Origin: Negaprion brevirostris
Lineage: Eukaryota
NCBI GenBank assembly: GCA_030324005.1
Contig: JARDVH010000073.1
Span: forward strand, 50,510,982-50,574,981
Reading direction: 5' to 3'
Length of the DNA: 64,000 bases
This document shows, one piece after another, positions 10,274-23,360 of the stretch. The notes under the pieces were generated by a model, which saw only the letters and a program-made list of their open reading frames with translations, ran no database searches and was not told where the DNA came from. Within the stretch, counting starts at the first letter, position 1. Every line of letters begins with the position of its first letter. Made by a program: the position numbers and the translations under genes.

Positions 10274-13200
10274 ACACCTGTTTTGGCAAAAGAAAATTTC
10301 ATTATTGCACCTGGTTTTATAATATTCTTTCAGAAATAGGCGCCATTGATACAATTGCTACTTTGGAATTCAATGGCTAACTCCCAGCAGACAAAGATAT
10401 TGTATTCTCTAAAGTAGTCAGGTACTCATACTCCAAACACAGTTCAGTTTAAATGTCTTAAATTTGACAACGTAACAGGGGTTTTGCTTTGTTGCACTTT
10501 TCTCTTCTGTTATCCTAAAGACGCTGCATCACACTGATGCCCAGTTTCACAGATATTGGCTGACCCCTGCTATGTTTGCCATGGGGCTACGTTTTAAATT
10601 TCACCTTGGACCCCGAGCTATTTGGCCACGGAGCTGGGTTTGCTCGCTTCATGATGGCCATGCAAACACAGGCACAGCCATGCACACATTTCCCAAAAAT
10701 TGCCGCCAGTACATTGCCATCAGGAGGGAGTGGAGACCTTGGCTGATTCTCCTCTCCACAATCCAGGGGTATTTAGGCTAGTTTTAAGCTTTTAGTTACA
10801 CCCCCTCTAATATTTCCTTCTTAGTTCCATGGCAATATTTGTCTCACGATGTTCCTATGTTGAATGTTTTCTTAAATCAAAGGCAATGTCTCAAAATTTC
10901 AGGTCAGGTGCTTCAGGCTGTGAATGGTTCGGGCCTAACCAGATAGAGTGGGGTCTGGGGTCACTTGGAGTGTGGAAAGACACCAGCGCACAAACAGTAA
11001 AGCAGTAATTCATCAGATGCCAATGTAGTACCCGGCCCAATTATCCAAGTCAGTTTTGTTTTAAATTTTAACTCAATTAAAACAGATGAATGGCACATTC
11101 TAAAAATGTCTGCTGTTTGGAACTGTGGTTTTTGGCCAGTCGGATTTGCAACACTGAATTGTAAGTTATGTTATGGTCCTCGTGTGACCCCCAGCCAAGA
11201 TGAAATAAGATAGCACAGACCAAGAAATAAGTTTGTGACTGACTAGGTTTATTATAAGAGTTAATATTGAAGTTTCATTCTTAATTCACATTGACAGCAT
11301 CTCAAGCCAGCCATGCATAAACGCATGCCTCTCTCCCAAAAGCATGGAGAAAATGGCTGAACAGGTAACCTCTCCAATCCCAAATGGCCCCTCGGGGGGA
11401 ATCGCATTGAGCCCAGCTGTGCTGGACTTACAAACCAGGAATCTGGTTGGTTTATTAATTGGATTTGATCGTGCGCACACTAGTGAATATACATGGTGCA
11501 TCTTCCTCAGGCATGACTGACAATTGAATATGATTTGCACAATGTGAGATGCATACTGTAATTGTTATTATCCTCCTTGCTGCTGATTGATTGTAGGATG
11601 CCCCAGAATTTCCGACTGAGGAATGCCTGCAGCAAATCGAGGGAAGCTTTGAGCGGCAGTCAGTCGGCAAGCAGGGCTGCTGGCAATCCACAGAGGTCCG
11701 AAGCAATACCATAAAGATGGTCAGTTGATTCATGCTTCCACACGGTCTCATTGGAAAATAAATCGTTATATTAAATACAAATTTCAGCAGCAGTGATGGA
11801 GTCAGCAAAAAATCAACTGCTACATTTTAATTAAAACCCAAACATAAAGGCAGTCTTACACAAAAATATGTACATATTTGTTTGAAGGTACAGCTGAATA
11901 TGACTTGCATTTAAACTGTTAAAAGGAACTCTGTTACAAAAGCCAAGCCCTTCTGTGCCAAACATTTTGTGCCCCATGTACATCTTGTTACTAAATCAAA
12001 AAGTTAGTAATTATTAATTTTAATACCTCATAACTGCATCTTCAAAATCAGATTGTGGTGTGCTAACAGTGAAACATCAAATGAAAAAAGTGAGACTTCC
12101 ACTTTTTTTTGTGTTTTTATTCCAATTCAATCAAACCAAGTCCAAATCAGAGTCGCAACAAGTTGAGACATTCCCAATCCAAGGTGACAAGACAGGGCTC
12201 TCACCTCCTGTCTTGGGCTTGATCTACATGATCCAAGCTGATTGGAGTAGGCATAGCTCCACCTCCAAGGCTTGATCTCATTTGCATCNNNNNNNNNNNN
12301 NNNNNNNNNNNNNNNNNNNNNNNNNNNNNNNNNNNNNNNNNNNNNNNNNNNNNNNNNNNNNNNNNNNNNNNNNNNNNNNNNNNNNNNNNNNNNNNNNNNN
12401 NNNNNNNNNNNNNNNNNNNNNNNNNNNNNNNNNNNNNNNNNNNNNNNNNNNNNNNNNNNNNNNNNNNNNNNNNNNNNNNNNNNNNNNNNNNNNNNNNNNN
12501 NNNNNNNNNNNNNNNNNNNNNNNNNNNNNNNNNNNNNNNNNNNNNNNNNNNNNNNNNNNNNNNNNNNNNNNNNNNNNNNNNNNNNNNNNNNNNNNNNNNN
12601 NNNNNNNNNNNNNNNNNNNNNNNNNNNNNNNNNNNNNNNNNNNNNNNNNNNNNNNNNNNNNNNNNNNNNNNNNNNNNNNNNNNNNNNNNNNNNNNNNNNN
12701 NNNNNNNNNNNNNNNNNNNNNNNNNNNNNNNNNNNNNNNNNNNNNNNNNNNNNNNNNNNNNNNNNNNNNNNNNNNNNNNNNNNNNNNNNNNNNNNNNNNN
12801 NNNNNNNNNNNNNNNNNNNNNNNNNNNNNNNNNNNNNNNNNNNNNNNNNNNNNNNNNNNNNNNNNNNNNNNNNNNNNNNNNNNNNNNNNNNNNNNNNNNN
12901 NNNNNNNNNNNNNNNNNNNNNNNNNNNNNNNNNNNNNNNNNNNNNNNNNNNNNNNNNNNNNNNNNNNNNNNNNNNNNNNNNNNNNNNNNNNNNNNNNNNN
13001 NNNNNNNNNNNNNNNNNNNAGGGTTCTATGGCTGCTGTCTGCATTCCTCAAGCTTACTGAAGCAGATTGCAGGGTTCCTACCGCAGTCCCCAATGAGATC
13101 AGCCAACTCGGCAAGAGGCAGGGATGAAAGCTGGCAGCTTCTAGTCTGTACATGGTCAGGTACATGCCAGCTGAGCCAGCTATCCAGGTATTCAACAGGG

Positions 13201-15490
13201 GACACTGAGCCGCAGGCAGTAGCAGGAGAGGATTCAACTGTATGCTCTGGCTACACCCATACAGCAGCAGTCTTTACCTTGCCAGCTTAATCCCACAGAA
13301 GGAATGCTTCACTGAGCTGCTGCCAGTTTGAATCAGGTGTTGCTGCTTCCTCTTTGCAAGACAAATAGCACCTTTTATTACAAGCCAGGGTTAGTCACCT
13401 GACATCAACACTGAGCAGCACACTGAGCAGTTCCATAAAAAGACATCAACATACCAGCAATTACTAGATAGGCGGCATGAACATCAAACCTGGTACCTGT
13501 TCTTGCTGCAGATACATAACAGAGCTATCAGCATCTGCCACACGCAGCTGACTGTGTGAGCTCTCCCTACAGAGGAACTACAGTGCCACACTCTCAACAG
13601 ACAGCAAAAGGAAGAATGTGCGGTGCAACAAAAGGACTTGTTCCAGGTAAGCTAAGTAAACAGCACCTCAGCAGGTTGCAATGGGGGGACAGACATCTGC
13701 GAAGTCCGAATTGTACACTAGTTTGTAATGTTAAGATTATCGGTTTAAGAATCTTTAGGACAGGCAAGACAAACACACATGGTGCACTTTTTCGCATTTG
13801 AACCTTCACAACCAGATGAAGTGACTTATTATTTTAGGTCAGGCCAGGCGATAATAGTATCACAGAAACTATTGATTGTACTGACTCAGAATGAGGTCAG
13901 TGGAATTGGAGCAAATGGGTGTGGAGTACAACAGCAGCAATGTGTACTTGGATGAATGGCCTGTTTCTGTGTTGTACATTCTGTGTAATTATACAAAATA
14001 CACAGCAATCACTTTCAAGGCTGATATACAGTACAAGATAGCACTTAGAATTTTAAAAAAACTATCCTTTGGTTACAACTGGTTCCATGGGTACATTTCG
14101 TGATTAGCACACCCTACATGGAGCTTTGTGTGTTGGCAATGTACATTAGGGAATTTCCATCCCCATCTGCTCCTGTAAATTTGACGGATGGGAAATCTTA
14201 CGGGGCCACGTTAACCTCCCCCATCCAAATTCCCGCATCGGGAGCCTAGATCCGAGACTCCCGTCCAAACCGTGTGTCTTCACTCACTCAAGTACAGGAA
14301 CAAAACCGCAGACTGTCTCGGTGCTACCAGAGGCAAAGGAAACAGCAACGTAATTGGGAAGATAAATTAAGTCAGATAAAATACAGCCGAGAAAATTAAT
14401 TTGGTGGGGCACAGGAGGAGCAGTGAGGTGGGGTGGGAGGACAGATGATAATAGATCATTTGTCTTCACAAAACTGGATGCGTGATAGAAAATGGCTGCT
14501 GCCTGGTGATAAATTGTTTGGTCCATTGATCAGAGCACCTTCCTTTAACAACACTCCAGCGCAGCACCTCTCTCCACTTCAAATGAAGGTTATTAGTAAT
14601 AATAACCAGCCAGAGTGGCAAAGTTTCATTCAGGGGTGGGGGGAGGTGGGACAAGAATTTGTAAGGACTAATTTGTCTAATGTGTGGCAACAAAAGGAGC
14701 GGGCCTGTGCTGTGAATTAATATGGCATCAATCACAGACTAACTGTCCTGACATGTGAGATGAGCATGGGTCTGATCCAGCCCTCCAGTCTGTGAAGACA
14801 GCTGTGCTTATAATAACCTCTAGAACGCTGATCTTCCAGCAGGACCAGGAGCTTCCCCCTACCCTACCAAATCTTACATAAGATTTCTTGAATAACCCAG
14901 GTTGGCCATAAGGCAATGTTGCTGATGATCAAAAATACCAAAAGTTCAGCTTTTACAGTTTAATTCATATAACACCATGAAGAATTCATGTATGTTTCAT
15001 GGGAATTGCCTTCCATTTTTATAATATTGGCAATTTGGTCTAAAGCAACATAAATATCACTGCCGTCTCTTACATTAAGATTATAAGCACGTCACAGTAT
15101 TTAATATAGAATGCTCTTTCAATACATTTGCAAGATCATCGCACCAAGTCAAAACTTCAATGATTTGATTTTTTCTATCATCTTGAACTGATACTGCTCA
15201 CGTTAAGGGATAATATTTCTGCTAAATTATTTAGCCTCCTTTCATAAGCTTTTGCAAAGGAGAGAAATGCTGCAAATATCAAAATCTGAAAAAAATAAAT
15301 GTGTGGAGTAACTTATTTATTCAGGACTTCCTGGTTTTTATTTCAGATCTATGTACTTAACTCAGGGTTATTAAAGGTGATTTTGCAAAGCATTGTTCTG
15401 AACTGGTAGTTGTTCACTTCACCTGTTCTCAGCGTTCTTGTTGTTGACCTTGGTACACGATATGTCTAAGCAAAACTTCTGTACACAATT

Positions 15491-15965
15491 AGGAACATAG
15501 CAGCAGATGTAGGCAAGTTCAGCCCTTCGAGCCTGCTCCACCATTCAATCAAATCATGGCTGATCTCTTCCTGGTTTCAAGTCCATCTCCCCACCTGTTC
15601 TTCATATTCCTCTTCCCTCTTTTAATTAGAAATATGTAGACCTTCCTCTTGAAACCATTCAACGGTTCAGACTCCACCGCACTATAGGGCAATGAGTTCC
15701 ACAAATTCGCCACCCTCTGCGAGTAGTTCCTCCTCATCTCAGTGTTAAATCTACCACCTCGCAGCCTACGCTGGTGACCTCTTGTTGTAAATTGCCCCAT
15801 AAGATGAAAGATTTGGTTTGCATTTACTTTCCCAATCCCTTTTAAAATTTTATATACCTCGATCAGGTCTCCTTTCATCCTTCTGAACTCCAGCGAGTAG
15901 AAGTCCAAACTGTTTAATCTCTCCTCATGTGTCAACCCCTTCAGCCTGGAACCAATTTGATGAAC
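15491..15965 (-). mobile_element. CR1-type LINE (HER1-like) 3' fragment
   Basis: ORF 15549-15935 reads EERLNSLDFYSLEFRRMKGDLIEVYKILKG...TRGH...RVANLWNSLP, the CR1 ORF2 C-terminus, followed by a CR1 3'UTR. Confidence 0.9.
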
Positions 15966-17114
15966 AATTCCCTGCTCGGCTCCTCACCCATGTACAAGCA
16001 TGCACACAGGGACATGTGATGAAGGTCACACACTAATGTGCATGTATAAACACACAACTTCTGGTCTGCATGGCTCAATGTTATGTCTATTAAATGCCTT
16101 TACTGAATTGCGGGAACTGGTGTTTGAGCTTCACTTCAACCTCTGCTAGGCTGCATCTTCAAGAGTCAAGTCGCATTTCTTGAAACTTGCAGCAGCACAC
16201 ATGAATCACTATAGATTTTAAAAAACTGACTCTTACCATCACTGCTTTCTAGAAAACCTTCAACTTTTTGAAGCCCTGCAGATTGCTCAAAATTCTCTAC
16301 ATGTATTTTCATCAGAGTAGGGAGATCAGACACTCCCACTGGCCTCAGCATCCTTGATCTGAGCAGGAATAAGACTACTTGCTACCAATCACCACCTGCA
16401 AGTGCACACGCGTCAGAGACTGGGCTTGACTGTGATGTCCTTCCTGATCGAACAGCCTGCTGGTGCACACCGCCAAGGCTCCAAACAAAAACAAAGTCAC
16501 TAATTTGGGAGAAGCACTGAAGGGCCTACTATGCATGAGGAACCAGATCTCAGCCTTCAGAAGAAGAGAGAAAATGAACAACAGTGTAATAATCCAAAGC
16601 TTCTGAAGGGCTGACAGCTGATTTCTCTGATCCTGCCCTCGTTCCTTGACTAAATAAATCTAAAATGCCATGACCTTTCCAGACAGAATAAAACACAACG
16701 ATTAAATTCAATTGTCATTAGAAATACCTTATTTACGAGACTAGCCTGTAAAGAAGGTGCAGTTGGCCTGTCCAATGTCACAAATAATCATTCATTATAA
16801 TGTTATATAGAGTTTTTGATCAAGCTTCTGAATAACAGGTGAGAGAGACCCAGTAGTGGCAGCAGTGCTCCATCGACATTTTCACAACACAAACAGTAGG
16901 GAATTCTCCCGAGTTTGAAAAGCTGTTTGATATTCTTTCTGCCACCAGTATTGACATAACGTTCATACTTTCACCCAACAGATCTTTGCATTTTGAAAAG
17001 GTCAGGTCTCGTGTCTCTCAACAACTCTGCTTTGATGAAGTCTCCCCTGCCAATGTCAGGTTTAATCTCGCCCTCATGTATGCGCCTTTCTCCATGGCAC
17101 CGGCAGAGAGAAAA

Positions 17115-17368
17115 AGTGTCAGCCTGTGGCTCAGTTGGTAGCACACTCTCGCCTCTTGTGTCAGGTGGTTTCAATCCTCACTCCAAAGTGTTGAGCGCAT
17201 AATCCAGGCTGGCACACAACACAGACTGAAGAAAGTGCTGCATTTGTTGGAAGTACTGTCATTCAGATAAGATATTAAACGGAGGCCCCATTTACCCATT
17301 CAGCCCAGTGTAATAAAATCCCATGGCATTACTGATTGAAAAGTAGGCAAATGCTGCCAGTGCCCTGA
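17115..17368 (+). mobile_element. tRNA-derived SINE, SacSINE1/DeuSINE-like, 5' part
   Basis: A-box-like TGGCTCAGTTGG and B-box-like GGTTTCAATCC. The body is similar to 50990-52080 and 58270-58580. Confidence 0.55.
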
Positions 17369-17430
17369 TGACATGGTGGGACAGTGGTCTGTACTGCTGC
17401 CTCACAATGCCAGGAATCTGAGTTCGATTG
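17369..17430 (+). mobile_element. V-SINE head fragment
   Basis: CATGGTGGGACAGTGG...ACTGCTGCCTCACAATGCCAGG...GTTCGATT matches the other V-SINE heads. Confidence 0.55.
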
Positions 17431-18169
17431 TCTGAGCAGCCAATTTGGCTCATTTNNNNNNNNNNNNNNNNNNNNNNNNNNNNNNNNNNNNNNNNNNNNN
17501 NNNNNNNNNNNNNNNNNNNNNNNNNNNNNNNNNNNNNNNNNNNNNNNNNNNNNNNNNNNNNNNNNNNNNNNNNNNNNNNNNNNNNNNNNNNNNNNNNNNN
17601 NNNNNNNNNNNNNNNNNNNNNNNNNNNNNNNNNNNNNNNNNNNNNNNNNNNNNNNNNNNNNNNNNNNNNNNNNNNNNNNNNNNNNNNNNNNNNNNNNNNN
17701 NNNNNNNNNNNNNNNNNNNNNNNNNNNNNNNNNNNNNNNNNNNNNNNNNNNNNNNNNNNNNNNNNNNNNNNNNNNNNNNNNNNNNNNNNNNNNNNNNNNN
17801 NNNNNNNNNNNNNNNNNNNNNNNNNNNNNNNNNNNNNNNNNNNNNNNNNNNNNNNNNNNNNNNNNNNNNNNNNNNNNNNNNNNNNNNNNNNNNNNNNNNN
17901 NNNNNNNNNNNNNNNNNNNNNNNNNNNNNNNNNNNNNNNNNNNNNNNNNNNNNNNNNNNNNNNNNNNNNNNNNNNNNNNNNNNNNNNNNNNNNNNNNNNN
18001 NNNNNNNNNNNNNNNNNNNNNNNNNNNNNNNNNNNNNNNNNNNNNNNNNNNNNNNNNNNNNNNNNNNCTGATAATCAACAATCTTACAAGCTTCTTTTTC
18101 CTGAGGACTGACTGAGCCGAAATCAAGACTGATTGTTTCATTAGTCATGGCACTGTGACGCAGTGGTGC

Positions 18170-18492
18170 AGTGGCATGGTCTCACAGTGGTTAGCACCGC
18201 TGTCTCACAGTGTCAGGGACCCAGGTTCAATTCGGGCCTCGGGTCACTGTCTGTGTAGAGTTTGTGCATTCTCCCAGTGTCTGTGTGGGTTTCCTCTGGG
18301 TTCTACAGTTCCCTTCCACACTCAAAGATGTGCAGGTTAGATGGATTGGCCATGCTAAATTGCCCCTTAGTGTCAGGGCATTAGCAGAATAAATACATGG
18401 TGTTATGGGGATAGGACCTGTGTGGAGTTGTTGTTGGTGCAGGCTCGATGGACCAAATAGCCTCTTTTCACACTGTAGGCATTTTATGATCT
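18170..18492 (+). mobile_element. V-SINE subfamily A (HE1-like, CR1-type tail)
   Basis: tRNA-like head, V-domain (GTCTGTGT.GAGTTTG..CATTCTCCC.GTGTCTG.GTGGGTTTCCTC) and tail ...GATGGACCAAATAGCCTC...CACTGTAGGCATTTTATGA. Confidence 0.9.
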
Positions 18493-19718
18493 CCCATTCT
18501 AAATCTTCCCCAGGAGTTCAGAAACATTCAATGCCTTAGCTTCCCCATTCAGTCAAATGGTCAGTCTGCTCTTTTCACACCAAACTGAAGCTCCAATTCA
18601 CCTAACAATTGTTTCCCACCCCAATCCTATTGTGTTCCAGTTATTGTCAACCTTTGGAGGTTCCTTGCCAACTGGGCATAGCCTTTTCACCTTGGTTTTA
18701 AAACAAAAGATGAATATTCGGAGGAGGTTACAAGGTAATCAAAAACAATTACTCCACAGTGAAAGGGAGGGGAGAGATTTAGTAGAAGAGTGGCTATCTT
18801 ATCATGTGTGCATCAACAGTACAATCACTGGATGCAATATCTCAACTCTGCTTATCTTTAGAACTTTTTTGTTCCCGAACAGGAGTCTTGCGAGTTATCA
18901 GCACAACAAAGTGTTAATCAAACACGAAAGTGAGGGATTGGGTGAGTGGCAGATTTTGCCAGCTTGGTTGGTGATAAGGAGTCAGCTTTTGGGAGAATAC
19001 CCGAGTCTCGAGTGCTTTGCATTGTTCCCATCCTTTAGTGCTGGCAGCAGGAGAGAAGGCTGATTCACTGATAACCAGCCTGACAGAGCTGCATCTCTAA
19101 ACAACCAGATATCTGACCTGACCTGCTATCAGTTCATCAGTATTTAGCCAGATGTGAATCAATGCAGCCTCTGTCATTTTTACAACTATTGAATAATTGG
19201 CACTAATGCACAGGACTTCAACCACTGTCGCAAATATTTCGTGTTCAATATGGGGTTTTACAAGGCTTAATTAAAAGCAATAAAAAAATATATTGCAATA
19301 AGATTGCAGTATTAAAATCTGGGCATAATCATTCAGGAATGAAAGGAATTATATGCTGTAATCATATTACACCACATAAAATCAATCTTTCATCTCTATT
19401 CAGGTCACTTAAAAAATAATAATGAGGTGGGTAGAAAGACACAACATAAACACAGTTGCAGGAATTCTTATTTTAACTCATTAGCAGCATAAAGTTAAGG
19501 CATAATTGGGACAGCTGACAGAACCAATTACGAACCCAATTGTCAGCCTTGAGAAAGAGGACATGACAAGCAGCCATGTTGCTCCAAAATTCCAAAAAGG
19601 GAAGGCAATTAAAGCTGCACTGTTTCAAATTTAAACATCGGCAACTCAAATATTCTTGAGGCAATTTTGCCTCTCCCCTCAGAGTCAAGTCCGCCTTCAA
19701 TATTTGAAAAAAGCTGGA

Positions 19719-19840
19719 GGGCAGGATTTTACAGCCTCACTCAGGTAAAATGGTAAAATCCCGCCTGAGGCCAACGGAGATTTCCGTTCTGGGAACCTCG
19801 CCCACCTCGGAATTGGGGCAGATGAGGTGGTAGGGCTTTG
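19719..19840 (-). mobile_element. MITE family A copy
   Basis: Reverse complement GGAAATCTCCGTTGGCCTCAGGCGGGATTTTACC...GAGGCTGTAAAATCCTGCCC matches the 3' half of 22746-22873. Confidence 0.55.
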
Positions 19841-20429
19841 GCCAACATTACTATGTTTTCTCCACAGTGAGGCTGGGTTCTTCGCAAATTCTACAATGGA
19901 TTCACAACTGCCACATGGCGAAGACATCTTCCAGGCTTAACTTTACAGGGGCAGAACACAAGAACGGATGATCCCAGCAGGAAAAACAGTAAAAATGGAG
20001 AAATAAAAATATTAGTCCAAACTGTTCTTTCCTACTGGAGAGGCAGAAGTAGAGAAGGCCACAAGGCCAGTCATGCCCCGGTCAATCACATGCCAAGGAG
20101 CACAAGTAAAATGCTTCATGTTGCTTCGATCTGTCAGTCAAGTGTTGGAAAATGCTAACATTATCAAATTGGGCCAAGTCCCACTGTACATCATTCACAT
20201 ATTAAATCCCAGCAAGAACTACGCACAAGACCTGAAGCATAGAAGTAGGCCATTCATCCCCTCAGACCTGCCACTTAATTAGATCATGGCAAATTAATTC
20301 AAAGCAAATTATGCTCCCACCCAAATTATCTTACAACTGCAATCTCAAATTCCCTATTTCATCACCTTCAGTCTTGCATCCATCACAATATTGCTGCAAG
20401 TATCAACTTGCTTGACCACTGCCTGACTC

Positions 20430-21660
20430 CTATGCCCAGTGCACTGTTCCCAGCCAAATTAGCACAGTCTTCTACCTTCATGGCTCTGCTGATACGGTCC
20501 CCTCCACTTCCTTAAGTCTGACAGTTGCAAACTTAAGTTCTTGGCAGACCACTGGTTCAGTCACCCATAGCCAGTTTCGGTTTGACCATATCAAGCTCTA
20601 GTATGCCCTCCATGCCTCCGGCTTGGGTTACTGTCTATGCGGAGTCTGCACGTCCTCCCTGTGTCTGCATGAGTTTCCTCTGGGTGCTCCTGTTTCCTCT
20701 CATAGTTCAAAAGATGTGCTTGTTAGGTGCTTTGGCCACGCTAAATTCTCCTTCAGTGTATCCCAACAGGTGCCAGTATGTGGCAACAAGGGGATTTTCA
20801 CAGGAACTTCATTGCAGTGTTAATGTAAGCCTATTTGTGATATTAGTAAATAAACTTAAAAACTCTAATAAAATCACCCCATTACTCCAAAATCACCTCG
20901 GACAGAGTCCATGTTGCTTTTTCCCAATGAGCAACAAGGTCCTTAAACTCTTCTCCCAAACCATCCATCCTTAACTCAAATACCACGTCAAGTCCACCTA
21001 TACAGCAAATTTAATCACATCCTCTCTTCATCATTGCCCACACGCTGCCTCCAGCTTTAAGCTCTGAACCCTTGTAGTTCTGCAGTATTTTTTCCTCCAC
21101 CTTTCCCCCCTGCCTTGTCCAAGCTCAGAGTCAGAATTTTCCAGTTGTTCATAGAAGCGGGATTCTCTGGTCCCATTGCAGTGAACAGAGATTTGGCTGA
21201 GCATTAAATTCTCCATCCTCATTTCCATCAGCAGCAGGGCCTGAATGGCCAAAAAATCTGGACTGTATCTTTTGGAAGCAACATTCTTACCCCCGCCTCT
21301 CAATACGTAACTACTTAACTTATGTTCCTAGTCTCAAATTCAATTGCTCACCATACTGGTAGCTTGTTCAAACCCAAGAAACTCTTCCAACTGTGATGTT
21401 CCATCACAAATACCCCAAATTCCACTTCCACGGCATCCAGCTCTTCACCCTTGAATACCCTAAGTATTTATTAATGTCTTCTTTAACCCAAGGCAACAAC
21501 CACCTGCCCATTACACAGTTTCTCATTCACCCGCCCATGGTAGTCCCCATGTCTCCATTACCCCAATGTAAGGCCAATGCTCTCATAGGCCCACTCTGTA
21601 ACTTGCTATGCCCCTCTGTGAACTCTGTCTCCAGTCATTTGGGAAATCCCTCCCTCCTCT
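20430..21660 (+). mobile_element. Highly decayed L2-like LINE relic, interrupted by a V-SINE and a MITE
   Basis: C/T-rich sequence with weak resemblance to L2 ORF2 (for example ...GPLHFLKS...SWQTTG near 20490-20555). No intact motif. Confidence 0.3.
20612..20860 (+). mobile_element. V-SINE subfamily B, 5'-truncated
   Basis: V-domain plus tail GGGATTTTCACAGGAACTTCATTGCAGTGTTAATGTAAGCCTATTTGTGA...AAATAAACTT. Confidence 0.85.
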
Positions 21661-22208
21661 CCTTTACCCTACCTCAGTGGCTTTCAAGCACCTTTGGGCC
21701 TACTCGCTCAATCAGTGGTTCCCAACAAGTGTGCCACAGCCTCCAAGATCCGATGGACCTCAGGTTGCCCACACATGAGCTGGCTGGGAAAGAGCTGCAC
21801 ATGTATGATTTAGGTGTTTTATGTTGGTCAGGCTCATTCACATGACCAATGGGACTTGGAGCTGGAGACAAAGGCACCACATGCCTGCAGAAGAAGTAAA
21901 AACTCAAAAAAGGTGCAACAACCCTGGGAGAAACAAGAGAGACAAAGAGATATTTTTAAAAAAATAGGTAAGGGGACAGGTAGAAGTTAAAAACGAAGTT
22001 CCCAGTAAGGGAGGAAGACAGAGAAAATAGGAGGTGGGCCTCTCAGTTACTTTACAGCACAGAAGTGTGCCAGGACATATAAAAGGTTGAGAATTGCTGT
22101 TCTTGAACCCCTTCACCAAACTAGGCCACACCACCTTTAAGCATCTCATTGCAACCCAACACACTGACCAACACACACTCCCCTCCCCCCACCTAAAGCT
22201 TATTTTCC

Positions 22209-22678
22209 CATAGAATCATAGAACCCTACAGTGCGGCCCATCGAGTCTGCACCGACCACAATCCCACCCAGGCCCTACCCCCATATCCCTCTAACCTAAG
22301 CATCCTATTACACTAAGGGGCAATTTTAGCATGATCAATCAACCTAACCCCCACATCTTTGGACTGTGGGCGGAAACCACAGTACCCAAAGGAAACCCAC
22401 GCAGANNNNNNNNNNNNNNNNNNNNNNNNNNNNNNNNNNNNNNNNNNNNNNNNNNNNNNNNNNNNNNNNNNNNNNNNNNNNNNNNNNNNNNNNNNNNNNN
22501 NNNNNACCTAACCCCCACATCTTTGGACTGTGGGAGGAAACCACAGTACCCAAAGGAAACCCACGCAGACTCGAGGAGAATGTGCAAACTCCACACAGAC
22601 AGTGACCCAAGCCAGGGATCAAACCCAGGTCCCCGGAGCTGTAAAGCAGCAGTGCTAACCACTGTGCTACCATGCCAC
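22209..22678 (-). mobile_element. V-SINE subfamily A (HE1-like), with an assembly gap inside
   Basis: Reverse-complement head GTGGCATGGTAGCACAGTGGTTAGCACTGCTGC, V-domain, and tail ...CACTGTAGGGTTCTATGATTCTATG. The sequence is duplicated on both sides of the N gap. Confidence 0.9.
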
Positions 22679-22745
22679 TCTATACCGCTTTATCATAGAA
22701 TCATAGATAAAACTAACTGCTAGAACGTTCCCAGATTCACACCAA

Positions 22746-22873
22746 GGCTGGAATTTTCCTGTCCCTCCCACCACGGGAATCACAGCAGGCAAGGGGCAGA
22801 CCATGGAAAGATCCATTGACCTTGGGTGGGATTTTACAGTTTTGAAATCAGTGAGGCCGTAAGATCCCAACCC
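22746..22873 (+). mobile_element. MITE family A, near-complete (~130 bp)
   Basis: Imperfect terminal inverted repeats GGCTGGAATTTT ... GTAAGATCCCAACCC. Related copies at 6043 and 19719. Confidence 0.55.
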
Positions 22874-23275
22874 AAATCTCAAGATGCAGAAAGTTTTTTC
22901 CTTAGGCACAGGATGCAGGAGTTAACTGAAGTGAATCTGAAGTCGAACATTCTTCAATTATTCACAGAATGGAAGATTACTTTAATCATGAGGTGAACCC
23001 TGTGATATGTAATGTGTCACTAATATACTATTCTGTTGATTTATTGCTTCTACATAGTTTGTGGAATCATCTAAGTTTTAGTTATTAATACACAGGTCTT
23101 ACAGTATAATACAGTCAGGTCAAACAATGTCCCCATATTTGAACTAAACAGTACTGGACAAATAAGTGAGTGACTTTACACATTGAGCTTACTTAATGAT
23201 CATTTATATTAAACTTCTCTCTTACTTCCAAATGTCTTAAGCAAAAAAACAATTTTGTTATTATGGGACATGCAG

Positions 23276-23360
23276 CTAGGAGATTTTCACAGTAACTTCA
23301 TTGCAGTGCTAACGTAAACATATTTGTAACATTAATTAACTAACTTATAAACTTAAACTT
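23276..23360 (+). mobile_element. Isolated 3' tail of V-SINE subfamily B
   Basis: CTAGGAGATTTTCACAGTAACTTCATTGCAGTGCTAACGTAAAC...TTGTAACATTAA. Confidence 0.65.

Noticed and set aside
12127-13237. Long ORFs of 200-320 aa in the ORF track (also 17329-18148)
   Set aside because: They consist almost entirely of X residues from N gaps.
14149-14234. 8-bp inverted ends GGGAATTT/AAATTCCC enclosing ~85 bp
   Set aside because: Too short, and single-copy in the window, to call a MITE.
18557-19063. 168-aa ORF
   Set aside because: No recognisable domain, random-like composition and no convincing splice context.
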